In this document: piece after piece, positions 39,201 to 45,741 of the stretch
Layout: the number at the start of each line of letters is the position of its first letter
How positions within the stretch are numbered: the stretch's first letter is position 1
DNA from: Leptospirales bacterium
GTDB lineage: Bacteria; Spirochaetota; Leptospiria; Leptospirales; Leptonemataceae
Assembly: GCA_016788865.1 (NCBI GenBank)
Contig: JAEUSB010000009.1
Span: 1-64,000 of the forward strand
Length of the DNA: 64,000 nucleotides
Reading direction: 5' to 3'
Translations under genes and position numbers: made by a program
Notes under the pieces: generated by a model
What the model saw: only the letters and a program-made list of their open reading frames with translations
Told to the model about the DNA's origin: nothing
Database searches by the model: none

Positions 39201-39616
39201 GGGGAATAGCGGCCGAACGGGCTGCGCTTCGCGCAATTAGCCTGGAGCGAGATGTTCTAATGGGTTCAACACCAGGTAAAGCTTCGTGGCAAGGGAAAGT
39301 AGTCATCGAGCGCATGCGGAGCTTGGGGCTGATAATGGAGGACCCATTGAAGGGAACCATGTTCAAAGACAGCAAGGGCGTCTGGCGTCCACTGGAACGT
39401 GGCGATATGTCACACAAAGTTGACGCAGTCAAATACTGGAACGAAATTGGACGTAAGCACGGGGCACGATCCGAAGAAGTACGAGCGTTTATGAAAGACC
39501 CGGACAACTACCACATAGACTATCGCGGCATTAACAGGGGCGATGGCGCTCGGATTAAGAATGCGGGAGCGCGGTATTTACCGCCGCTTAAACTGTACGT
39601 GTCTCCCATAAAATAA
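30233..39616 (+). CDS. Giant 3127-aa alpha-helical protein with two Gly/Ala-rich hydrophobic segments and a C-terminal HNH/colicin-DNase-like signature (unknown family)
   Basis: Uninterrupted 9.4-kb ORF starting at GTG 30233 or ATG 30236. The first ~1500 aa are coiled-coil-like. Two hydrophobic glycine-zipper-like segments lie at ~34850-35180 and ~37170-37720. The C-terminus reads SHKVDAVKYWNE...DPDNYHIDYRGINRG, resembling colicin DNase HH...DN...HIDIHRG. There are no RHS/YD, haemagglutinin or ATPase motifs. Confidence 0.85.
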   Translation: MMKAGLSDVRIAIDRTIEQIVAAIRGEAKARTAGVHQILEDGVVDKKALASSLDQDAKNLQTRATTLGTDTSDDLTDFLTLNRGKTFLELMTLINGQVNAAQSLDLSDDGYGLATAANPQLAKLSMIRQWIQSHKTVIDTANHVPIPADTDQTTVVAKWDALLLTLTPSTVSAQTASYSLSRDTIGLTMQQLALSIGQSAAAVDTNRMAARDQVKSIIGFYKTDANGRVLKDAAGKPLVAQEFVDLGITDPDADLLTTLAGKQSGVNLQRWSERILVYLSQQQNQSGVDPAVLAGAQNLEKALRDLITARTYIENRNKTAADMKATSKLDTEKFGALTAKAGIFARFESTLASATRQARDQGNDPVDAALSVLESVDALIMFKMFLGFDAAGKADGYADPDMQKRADELKNLANELRRTREMRTVTAVSDLYASMLDDYLLAKETDPSAVAPDVNVFLTGQGVVKTNDAVTAITALADADFDAKIREWITNAPANAFLSRGRVIEILSSSTSTGAALKAEILAGLGVYTTELSDQMTVLTGQLTTTAGLDRTTEKAIADLLTKHIAKMNTADPPADALAVDLRSLLATGVAALDAIIDAEGHASATGAERDALRENLRKAMLANYIAENQASSPAAVIQLLRSEAVRNQIYPDAAAKAGLNEFVKTESGNLNVIEGQFFAELDKSSSALAVAAKNDRGKMLEALIARKQGQTTTYYDSLSPALKAEIDSLSTRFFAGLDTAQSTGLIAKSGDYSRMFDLRSGQELVTSGIFEGLESSLFAEIEKSGNKTLIDQARNNRNALLRAMIEQMQGSLSAESATLFGLIGGSAVAVTQAIASMNPNLKNVTLQESVLVNRVLTQFMEDDALRGDIESILNDPGLFVGNFAKSLRRDPQKKLGAIFQKGTALADSILTNGETHIRDISGIMQNYGRKLEAAAALKEFAERRGDDPLTSRFSNYRTHIGAERNYQMAAYKQYLRGMGINPDTADPNNPGGGAMTFTQMQGGLLLEAESLNLDPTTIFSDPDWESKLISDDPTQFDSVQVDPNDPTTTIQIKHVGSISDPASRQGLAAADELARTYQENLANNYLEAVTRLNAAFNTVFEAAKISDTMHTTSALATLKTKIGTFDAETSADLTDFTSALQEANGRVANHGETQVQGKKQAIAQSQSEFNKSADEFADAARRNQIRTMNLLSQIQGVYAAIADQFEVKKNAVAALSDIATNLEAQFGAANQTYVDALNEMADRFRKVEGSRNEYDTRLAVKEYAETPYLYSASGDEVADLNAYATGAQEEYDRAAQVLALANENLANAGYQVQIQDNLAGFNDVAVGMANNVTYAPLSAAERDQLLNLRDKKIVQKQTLTAQEELDLKALTDRETYEIYGTLITLRAEDIKQTMREVRLRKASELVNGEINRLTGIVEEKKKKFETALTNNFGGADTDEIKTARNAAYQRLASQVEAGAGDFYNEFRGWFWGSTNWIGQLGSSAFSTAISGGSQMQITPTQMMEAAVGMGSANSVSAGDQQAIAKWLGSGHSVAEFSGFQGVYFGLLMSMMNRDVMYIKNVITMGIMIPLMSAGYAQVAYANYMVQAAGPFAAYAAIAAAGIRAAGMAQIAYGQTQIALSNAQYLMSNIMMFGMQVASVQSAGTGSTQAVLAKQREYEAAQAQLNYFTKVPDVQTMKQRLIQYGAQHGDSESANALYSLTDEDLKYLFDNSSGFKDSSGNAQTLSTQEEQDALEVTTAKDQATFVDSYGRRYDPTTLVYSPPGPLDGGVYKTGSGDYTRVQTATHNGSMVWGYAKIVGATNTYAVYNMGHILDMLVDHGQDLRDQARDAYIAEGNNVATQTDDMAFILAERDQTFDDLFNQAAGRVNGGREFSGYTMVYEEYGQNQRDIYAMELQQKAAIQQKEWDLREAQFLAKRDAWDKKMAVILDRGRKAWASSEDQFLQKWRDWEKQFDKDAAAGKAEWDKKIAQHFTDKKKWEADIRHNASVATIQNTLSKAIDDLNSQIRTARENIHANIPELNTTAMVQEAIADLKRKEPTLSEKFKEINANIDNFNTRLAISEITGSTTMVSSAITSAYKSQMETHEKGMKVLANVQIFEQYRRIVDEFKVGIENQNVAIENQTNAAALGQGFTKLGSTFIKKGAISSAWGAVNAYSWFDSDSAIQSGLQESGFTSLTGNALTNYLETKDQVEVDAFFYTQKLAVQTVFEKIMGKGTEAERKGSQDERVIGKFAKWAGKGPGSEEQSTIQGLNDAAKSHGVELKAQESQLLSAVGGFGELGEFGTRPGGAPMGFYLQMQLMGASVSQGDASKLAGMGGVDPLTTMINQYNPMAMMANSTLNVKIAAATLGKDEGYMWEAQAINLLKMPITMAGSAFMTAGVAAMVTGIGFVGGAIMAAGGMALSALGNSISVNPTTGERITKMTDQAAMNTGIATVTSFLGGAAQGFKALEGVAKTAEAAKGFAQSAQMAQSVAVAAGIVGTAATAGTRFDANGNRQGWSATSHNGDLHGEKLLLATGVSAATAAAGGAFAKDLSGTATNANLAMLEGFKQSLRSDFIGTAINVTAQYGAKQAWGAEHSSYDAMAHADLSRIGGLAMGAYLAGKDSQDRYQQTEYLKGVYADAVKQGNTAKAAEAYKALVAMGVLRSREEEQQEMMKKDLPVTGSDLAKLLRAAFNADGRLGNPNDPKSWEAGEKITTALTADVEALTAAKGGKLTIADAFAIADAHGIGPSILFTGANAAEAQRLFGQNWSGAYKELFGAQGYGLQQINNERTVGYTSMDPRTPDNGGVYNDPWGPGFNMSHASGANVFTDTNGKILDVSDPEALAQWEAQQQAMREFRDHVQAIRNQGMDVLAQGNSGAHWYMEAMGPGGANYGEYYELGFGVGKMGGIDWSARGLVGNYVKMSGLFSGIGPIADWLASTMDSLTGVRTAQEKQQANLQTLIDQAGGDPYKLAGLLSGFEAGDAGGQGAVMVADILGGLMAGGGFGLVRGIAAERAALRAISLERDVLMGSTPGKASWQGKVVIERMRSLGLIMEDPLKGTMFKDSKGVWRPLERGDMSHKVDAVKYWNEIGRKHGARSEEVRAFMKDPDNYHIDYRGINRGDGARIKNAGARYLPPLKLYVSPIK

Positions 39617-39629
39617 AGAAGGTGGAATT

Positions 39630-40022
39630 ATGGATGTGATGGAAGCCCTACAGCCTGCTGGAGCACTTTACAAACAAGGAGAATATGCTGCTGCTCTGCA
39701 GATAGTCAGGAATCTGTGGGAAAAAATTCCGGACCCCAAAACTCAAGATGGAAATGCATACAATGTAATAGAGTATGCAGTTGCACTCTGTATAAAGCTG
39801 AATGATCTGGACTCCGCGTGGTTGTGGGCAAACAAGAGTTTCCCCTTCGGGGAAAAGACGCACGTCATGGGCGAAGGTGAGTTCCTTATCGGAAAGGTGG
39901 CTTTCTTACGCGGTGATATGGATGCTGCTCGCGAAAATTTTGCAGTGGCTCACAAGAAATCGGGTGGTCGGATCTTCAAGGGAGAAGATCCAAAGTACAA
40001 GGCACTGCTAAAAAAGAAATAA
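39630..40022 (+). CDS. 130-aa cytoplasmic helical (TPR-like) protein, candidate immunity/partner protein
   Basis: It starts 14 bp after the giant ORF stop. It has no signal peptide and a helical-repeat composition. Confidence 0.55.
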   Translation: MDVMEALQPAGALYKQGEYAAALQIVRNLWEKIPDPKTQDGNAYNVIEYAVALCIKLNDLDSAWLWANKSFPFGEKTHVMGEGEFLIGKVAFLRGDMDAARENFAVAHKKSGGRIFKGEDPKYKALLKKK

Positions 40023-40524
40023 CGTAATCTCACTGAGAATGACCTGGTTTCAGGATGGAGCTCCCCCGCCATTGCGCATAATGCAGAGCTAACCGAAGCC
40101 CGGCAGGGTTTGGGCGCGCAGCGCGCCCCCGGGCGGCGAGCCATCGAGCCGAAAGTCGTTGCGGTAAAACGAAGCCCGATAGCGGTTAGGGTCAATTATG
40201 CGGGCAGTGGCGGAAGAGAAGATGTCGCAGTTCGAGCTGCCAAGCATTGTTTTGAAAGCATTTCGGGCCTACTACCTGAATTCAAATCCGCGCAGCGGAT
40301 TTGTTTCGTCCTCTTTCTTAGACGTTACACAGCATTTAATACCAAAAGAACCCCGGCCCCCCGTGATCAAACGGGTGGCCCAATCCCCGACGCGAAGTAT
40401 CCTATTTAGTACAAACCTTCAGTAGTACAAAGTAACCTCGCCAGCCCGTGCGGCCGCTCTCGGACATCCATGTCCTTCGCGGCACCTCGCCATCCGTGGA
40501 TGAGCCCGGCCCGCGCCAGACTCA

Positions 40525-40688
40525 GAACCCAGTTCGCGACAAGACCCACCGCAGATTTATCCGGTGAGAAGAGCGCGACGCCGTGCAGTGAGTCGGATAC
40601 GAACGGCCCTCGGCTCGGAACACCGCGCCGAGGGGCAGGCGCGCGCTCTCTCACCGGCAAACCACCTGCGGGGGTCGCCAGAGCGAAT
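40525..40688 (+). repeat. Repeat family copy B (long form, downstream boundary of the giant-protein locus)
   Basis: Direct repeat of copy A. The 5' box is GAACCCAGTTCGCGACAAGACCCACCGCAGATTTATCCGG and the 3' box is TCACCGGCAAACCACCTGCGGGGGTCGCCAGAGCGAAT. Confidence 0.65.
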
Positions 40689-41170
40689 TACTTAGCACCC
40701 GCCAGCGCTTTCTCCCGCATCTTAGTAATCCGCACAAGGTTCTTCTTCAACAAAGCAATTTCTTCGGCCGAGTAGTCTTTCAATTGTTCGGTCACGGTTT
40801 CTTCAACCTTCTGCCTGTCCGGTTCCGGGTGATCCTTAAATTTCTGTATCATATTGAGTGGCACGATGGCCCGCACAATGCGTCCATCCGCTTCCTGAAA
40901 CTCCGAGAAGTCCTCCCATCCGTTTGATGTGAGCAATTGATTCCGGCGCTCAATCAGTCCGTTGACCTTTGTGTCTTTGGCCTCTCCGTCTTTCATCTTG
41001 GAGGTGGAATCCAGTTCCATGAGGATTCTCCAGTACTGCGGGAAGATGGCCGTGTATCTTTGTATCACGTCTTCTGTGAGCACCATTGGCTCTGCATGCA
41101 GGCTATTCGTGGAAACCAGGACAACGCCCGATAGAATGCTCGCTGCAAACAAGGATCTGATTTTCATACG
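40688..41170 (-). CDS. Secreted hypothetical protein
   Basis: Signal peptide MKIRSLFAASILSGVVLVSTNSLHA begins at the internal Met. The ORF track extends the start to 41263. Confidence 0.5.
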   Translation of the reverse strand, partial: RMKIRSLFAASILSGVVLVSTNSLHAEPMVLTEDVIQRYTAIFPQYWRILMELDSTSKMKDGEAKDTKVNGLIERRNQLLTSNGWEDFSEFQEADGRIVRAIVPLNMIQKFKDHPEPDRQKVEETVTEQLKDYSAEEIALLKKNLVRITKMREKALAGAK

Positions 41171-41341
41171 TTCACCCCGGATTAAGAGACGTATCAGTGG
41201 CAAAATAGGTGTCAATAAAATGCGGCTGCAAAGCTGAAAAACTTGAATGCCACCTTCTTGCAAGGGATCCGTGGAGGCGCCAAAAGCGCTTGACCGTCCC
41301 GTTACGGCAGATCAATTCCTTGAAATTCACAGCCGGAAGAA

Positions 41342-42913
41342 ATGACAACGCAAGCGCTAACCATCCAGGAAATTGCTGCAATCGGCCCGCGGACGATTAA
41401 CCGGATTCGATTCTTCCTGGTCTTTCTGTTCTACGCATCAACAGCCGGGACCTGGGCGCAGAGTTCCATGTTTCAAAACAGTGCGTATCTCACGGGAACT
41501 ACGCTTCTCCTCCTGCTCGCCATTACCAATTCAATCGTAGGCAAATGGAAGGGTTTGATTCCCCAGCCTCTGGGGAAAGCGTCCATCATCATTGAAATTG
41601 TTTTATTCGGCCTGGTGATGGTCGTTTCGTCCATGACAGATCGGCTCAATTCGTCCAGCGTAATCGGCCATCTGGTGCTCTATGGAATCAGCGTCATCTT
41701 GATCGTCTACTCGGGATTGCTTCTGGCGCCTAACTTTGTGGTCTTTGCAGGTTTCATTGCAGTGTTCATGCAAATGGGCGTGATCTATAGCTGCTATTTG
41801 CACGGCGTGGAGTTCACAGAAGAGCCAATCAAGATAAATTCCCCGGGCTTTGCGTCTATCTCTGAACAAATACTGAAACTCGTTTTCCTTATAGTCATTG
41901 CACTCATCACCAGACGAGTGATTCGCATCTTCTTAATGCTGCGCGCAGCAGAAGACGAAAAGATGCAGGCAATTGAATCCTCAAGAAAAGAACTCGTGAT
42001 TGGAAAGCAACAGATGGCTGCCACGGCCAACTCCCTGCGCGCCCGTTCGAAGGAACTGCGTTCCTTCGCAGACGATTTTTCCGTTGTAATCAATGATCTT
42101 GCTTCCGCCTTTGAGGAAATTGGTTCCACCATGACTCAATTTCTTTCGCAGCTGGATGCCTCTGCGCAAAACGTATCCATTCAGTACGACAAGATAGACG
42201 AACTCACCAATCGCAGTGGCAATCTTCGCACCTTGATCGATAACATTTCCAGCCTGTCAGAAACCACGGGCACCAGTATGCTCTCTGCCAGGGAAGCGAG
42301 CCTCGATGTAACGTCATATGTCAAGGGTCTGTCGTCTTCGCTTGAATCTCTGGGAAAGAGTTTCAAGTCGGTGGCAGATGTTACCCAGATAATGGCAGAC
42401 GTAGCCGATCGAACCAATCTACTGTCGCTCAATGCTTCGATTGAAGCCGCGCGTGCGGGAGAGGCCGGTCGTGGATTTGCAGTTGTTGCCACGGAAGTTT
42501 CAAGGCTTGCAGAGAACAGTGCTAAGAATGCGGACCGTATTTCAAAGATTATCGCCGAGTCAACCATTCACCTCAATGACGGCCAGTCTTCGGTCAAACT
42601 AACAACTTCCAAAGTATCCGATCAGGAAGGCAAGTTCAGCCAATTTCTCGAAAGTTACAATCAGCTAGCAAAGCATCTCGAAGAACAGAAGGGCATCAAC
42701 AATACGTTCCTGGGCAGTCTCAAAGAGCTTCGCGATCTTTCTACGGGCATTGATCTGTCGGCGCGCGAACAATCACAGGGATCAAAGTCCATTCTTGATT
42801 CGATTTACAGGCTCCAGACGACGACCCAGAATCTAGTAGAAAAAAGTGAAGCTCTCTCCACTACCATTCGCCACCTGGAATCAGAAGCGAACACGCTTGC
42901 AGCTAACGAATAG
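41342..42913 (+). CDS. Methyl-accepting chemotaxis protein
   Basis: An N-terminal multi-TM region is followed by a C-terminal MCP signalling domain with the highly conserved [33 protein letters not shown] core. Confidence 0.85.
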   Translation: MTTQALTIQEIAAIGPRTINRIRFFLVFLFYASTAGTWAQSSMFQNSAYLTGTTLLLLLAITNSIVGKWKGLIPQPLGKASIIIEIVLFGLVMVVSSMTDRLNSSSVIGHLVLYGISVILIVYSGLLLAPNFVVFAGFIAVFMQMGVIYSCYLHGVEFTEEPIKINSPGFASISEQILKLVFLIVIALITRRVIRIFLMLRAAEDEKMQAIESSRKELVIGKQQMAATANSLRARSKELRSFADDFSVVINDLASAFEEIGSTMTQFLSQLDASAQNVSIQYDKIDELTNRSGNLRTLIDNISSLSETTGTSMLSAREASLDVTSYVKGLSSSLESLGKSFKSVADVTQIMADVADRTNLLSLNASIEAARAGEAGRGFAVVATEVSRLAENSAKNADRISKIIAESTIHLNDGQSSVKLTTSKVSDQEGKFSQFLESYNQLAKHLEEQKGINNTFLGSLKELRDLSTGIDLSAREQSQGSKSILDSIYRLQTTTQNLVEKSEALSTTIRHLESEANTLAANE

Positions 42914-42977
42914 GCGTGGCCTGGTAAGAACTCGATCCGCGCAAAAGACGTTGAGACTGCGCCCTGGTTCGACCTGA

Positions 42978-43760
42978 TTAAATTCCGTATCGACTTTTCA
43001 GGTAGTTGGTCACAGTTGTTCGCTCGCCTGCCGTCAGTAAGCGATTATAAGCGATGATCTCTGCAATATCGCCCACGAGCTGATAGGCTCCATTGCTATC
43101 TGCTCCAATCATGGGTGTTCCCATTGCCTGGGCGCCTGTGTTCCCATTCGTGTCGGCAAAACCATCAATCCCGAGAACGCTCGATCCCCCGTTGTAAGCT
43201 GCATAGATCACACGATAGGGAGCCGCGCTGATGACGGCTCCGTTCAGCGTAACTCCGGCATAGATAGAGTAATTGCCGCCCGCCAGATGATTCAGGTTGT
43301 GTCGATTTGCGTCTCCATCGAAGTAGGTATTGATAGTCGCTGCGGCTACACGACGCGCCACGAGAAAGAGTGAATTGGGTTGGGCCAGGGCCAGGTAACC
43401 CATACTCATTCGTTGTGTCCCATTAAAGTTCAACACGCCATGTCCATTGAGGCTATTCAATTGCTGCGTGGGTCTGAGTGCTCCAACCGACACGGCGTCC
43501 AGCCCATTCCCGGATTGATCTGCCCAGATCATGGTAGTTCCTACTGTGCTGACTCCGTAACTGCCCAGTAGCCAGAACTTGGCCCCGGAAACGGGCAGCG
43601 TGTACGGTACGCGGTTGTCCTGGGAGGTCGAAAGCAGGTTATACGCCAGCAGCAGCTGCGCCTGGCTTTCTCCATAATTATAGGAAACAGGAAAACGCAG
43701 GCAGTTCAGTCCGCCCAGGCAGAGTAAGAAAATCACGATCTGTTTAGTCTTCTGGAACAC
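42978..43760 (-). CDS. Secreted LamG-like (concanavalin A-like jelly-roll) domain protein
   Basis: Signal peptide present. The C-terminal GDIAEIIAYNRLLTAGERTTVTNYLKSRYGI is typical of Laminin_G_3-type domains. Confidence 0.55.
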   Translation of the reverse strand: MFQKTKQIVIFLLCLGGLNCLRFPVSYNYGESQAQLLLAYNLLSTSQDNRVPYTLPVSGAKFWLLGSYGVSTVGTTMIWADQSGNGLDAVSVGALRPTQQLNSLNGHGVLNFNGTQRMSMGYLALAQPNSLFLVARRVAAATINTYFDGDANRHNLNHLAGGNYSIYAGVTLNGAVISAAPYRVIYAAYNGGSSVLGIDGFADTNGNTGAQAMGTPMIGADSNGAYQLVGDIAEIIAYNRLLTAGERTTVTNYLKSRYGI

Positions 43761-43922
43761 GCTCGAATACCCCCAACCGGCGATGGTCGCGCGAAGAGCT
43801 CGCTGCCCTTTGAGCGCCTGACGGTAGCACTCTCGCCATGATTTAATTATCGGCCTGCTTGTGTCCAGGCAATTAGCCAGGTTTCCCCCAATAACGATAG
43901 GCGCAATGGACCCAGGCCCGGC

Positions 43923-44804
43923 TCAACTCCAGGTATATCTGCGCTGCCGCATCAAACAGAATACACCTAGAGCCAGAGGTAGTAAAATGAGCGTTGCGTA
44001 GATACCCGGATCGTCCAGCTTTCCTTCGCTGTAGTTTGCATAGGTGCCTAGTGCCATGAAAGCGCTTGCGAGAAGGTTTAGAATCCCCGCAATCATCCAG
44101 AAGAATTTCATGAATACGGACGGTTTGGGCGAGTTATCCTCAACGCTGGTCTGATACTTCCGCGCGTAGTACCGCGCGAATCCCAATAGTATCACAACAC
44201 AGCAAACCGCTATCAAGAATGAAATGCCGGGCGATCCTGCATTCATTGTGAAAAGGACGTGATCGTATACGCCGTGCAGAACAACGCTCAACACAAAGAG
44301 CAGGACAATACGCAGATAGGAACCGTGCAATTTTAGTCTGATCAGTCCGTATCCCAGAATGACTCCGGTGAATACGTGCAGAGGCACGGATAGAAAGGCA
44401 CGCATGACTCCAACGGCGAATCCATGCTCCAGTACATAAAACACGTTCTCGACCATTGCAAATCCGGCTCCCGAGGCTGCTCCGTATACAAGTCCGTCGA
44501 TTGTTTCGTCAAACTCCGGTTTTCGGTACGCGAATACGCGAATGGCCAGAAGTTTGCAGAGTTCTTCCACCAGCGAAACTACAAAGACCGAATAGATGAA
44601 CACGTTTATCGCGCTGCCAACTTCGGAAAGTCCCGTGAGACTGCTCAGGCCTATTTCTGCGAAAGCTGCCGGAAGAACAAAGATGCCGGCAAGGATTACT
44701 GTAATCCAGATATGATACCAGGGTTCAGGCGACGCATGGTCCTTCTTATAGAAGTAATAGAGCAGGATAAGTCCTGGCAGGATTGCAAGCGGCAGCAGAT
44801 ACAT
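43923..44804 (-). CDS. PrsW-family intramembrane metalloprotease
   Basis: Polytopic membrane protein with PrsW signature blocks: EELCK (EExxK), FAMVENVFY (FxxxE) and HVFTGVILG (HxxxxxxG). Confidence 0.65.
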   Translation of the reverse strand: MYLLPLAILPGLILLYYFYKKDHASPEPWYHIWITVILAGIFVLPAAFAEIGLSSLTGLSEVGSAINVFIYSVFVVSLVEELCKLLAIRVFAYRKPEFDETIDGLVYGAASGAGFAMVENVFYVLEHGFAVGVMRAFLSVPLHVFTGVILGYGLIRLKLHGSYLRIVLLFVLSVVLHGVYDHVLFTMNAGSPGISFLIAVCCVVILLGFARYYARKYQTSVEDNSPKPSVFMKFFWMIAGILNLLASAFMALGTYANYSEGKLDDPGIYATLILLPLALGVFCLMRQRRYTWS

Positions 44805-44995
44805 CGATTTGATCTCCGAGGAGGGATTATCTCGAATGAAATTCAGCCTCAGGGTTGATCAAGAAATTCTTCCACCAGTCCGGTTGTGATTGCTGGCATT
44901 CGGCCCGGCTTAGCCATGAAAGTCAAATTCGCGATCGGGAACTGCGCCTCAGTCAAGGAAATACCGTCGCGATTGGTTAAGGATTGAGCGACCAA

Positions 44996-45682
44996 TCAGT
45001 TGAGTCGCGTAAATGTAAAGGTGCCTATGGGGACGTATTGTCCGCCTACATAGAACGGATCCACGGCCAGTGGTTGAATCGGCACGCGCGGATTGGTATC
45101 AATGTCTGCTGCAGTAAAGGTTGCACCGCTATCGGTGCCAGCATCGTAAACAATCAGAGAAACCACCTTGCGGCTGGCCCAGGCGCCTGCTTCATACAGG
45201 GGCAGGTTTGAGACACCAACGAACCAATCGGGACTTGGAGCAACCATTGTGACGAGAGTAATGTGCGTCCGATTATCGTCCGTGCTAAAATTGAAGCTGG
45301 TCTTTCCGGGAGAGAAGATAGGGCTACCACGGAACGATTCCGTTCCGCTTAGCGCATTGAATTCCTCTTGCAAGATGGCCGTTCTCCCCATCTCGGCCAT
45401 TGATTCCATGCCGTTTGTGGAGATAGCTCCGCTGGACCAATGCGAATGCCCGCCGGGATGCGTCATCCCTACAAGGGTAGAAAAATGCGCATTGCTGGGA
45501 AAACCAAGGCCGGTGCCGTGCGTGGTCGCGCTCCAGGTTGATTCGAATTCCACGTTGTATGTATATGTTTTTGCGGGGATCAACAGCAGCGCGGCTAGCA
45601 GCTCGTTAGACTGCATCCCGGAAGGTCTGCATTGGGTTACAGCGGCTCCCAATGCCAGCAGGAGTATAGCAACGCGCGCCAT
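44996..45682 (-). CDS. Secreted spondin N-terminal domain protein
   Basis: Signal peptide present. TYTYNVEFESTWSATTHG and APSPDWFVGVSNLPLYEAGAW match the Spondin_N domain pattern. Confidence 0.6.
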   Translation of the reverse strand: MARVAILLLALGAAVTQCRPSGMQSNELLAALLLIPAKTYTYNVEFESTWSATTHGTGLGFPSNAHFSTLVGMTHPGGHSHWSSGAISTNGMESMAEMGRTAILQEEFNALSGTESFRGSPIFSPGKTSFNFSTDDNRTHITLVTMVAPSPDWFVGVSNLPLYEAGAWASRKVVSLIVYDAGTDSGATFTAADIDTNPRVPIQPLAVDPFYVGGQYVPIGTFTFTRLN

Positions 45683-45741
45683 TGAATCTTGGTCCGGGAG
45701 ATCAGAACTTCATTACAAACTTTTTTGGGATTCCACCGGAG

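Noticed and set aside
30204-39507. About 40 ORF-track entries on both strands inside the 9.4-kb giant gene, for example 31377-31631(-), 33881-34267(-), 34810-35097(+), 37504-37902(-), 38086-38580(-) and 38564-39052(-)
   Set aside because: All lie inside the uninterrupted 3127-codon frame. They have Arg/Cys/His-rich, low-complexity translations typical of out-of-frame reads of GC-rich coding DNA, and none has a start context or a partner gene.
26889-39616. Phage tail tape-measure protein within a prophage
   Set aside because: No capsid, terminase, portal, baseplate, integrase or lysis genes occur anywhere in the 64 kb. The flanking genes are ordinary chromosomal envelope and sensory genes.
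26038-40688. Integron cassette or attC interpretation of the conserved-ends, variable-core repeats
   Set aside because: No integrase gene is present in the window. The ends share only a 5-bp inverted TTCGC/GCGAA core rather than the extended R/L box symmetry of attC sites, and the cargo is 14 kb rather than a single cassette.
40110-40775. ORFs 40110-40409(+), 40198-40425(+), 40406-40660(-) and 40470-40775(+)
   Set aside because: They are GC-rich low-complexity translations overlapping each other and repeat copy B, with no coding periodicity.
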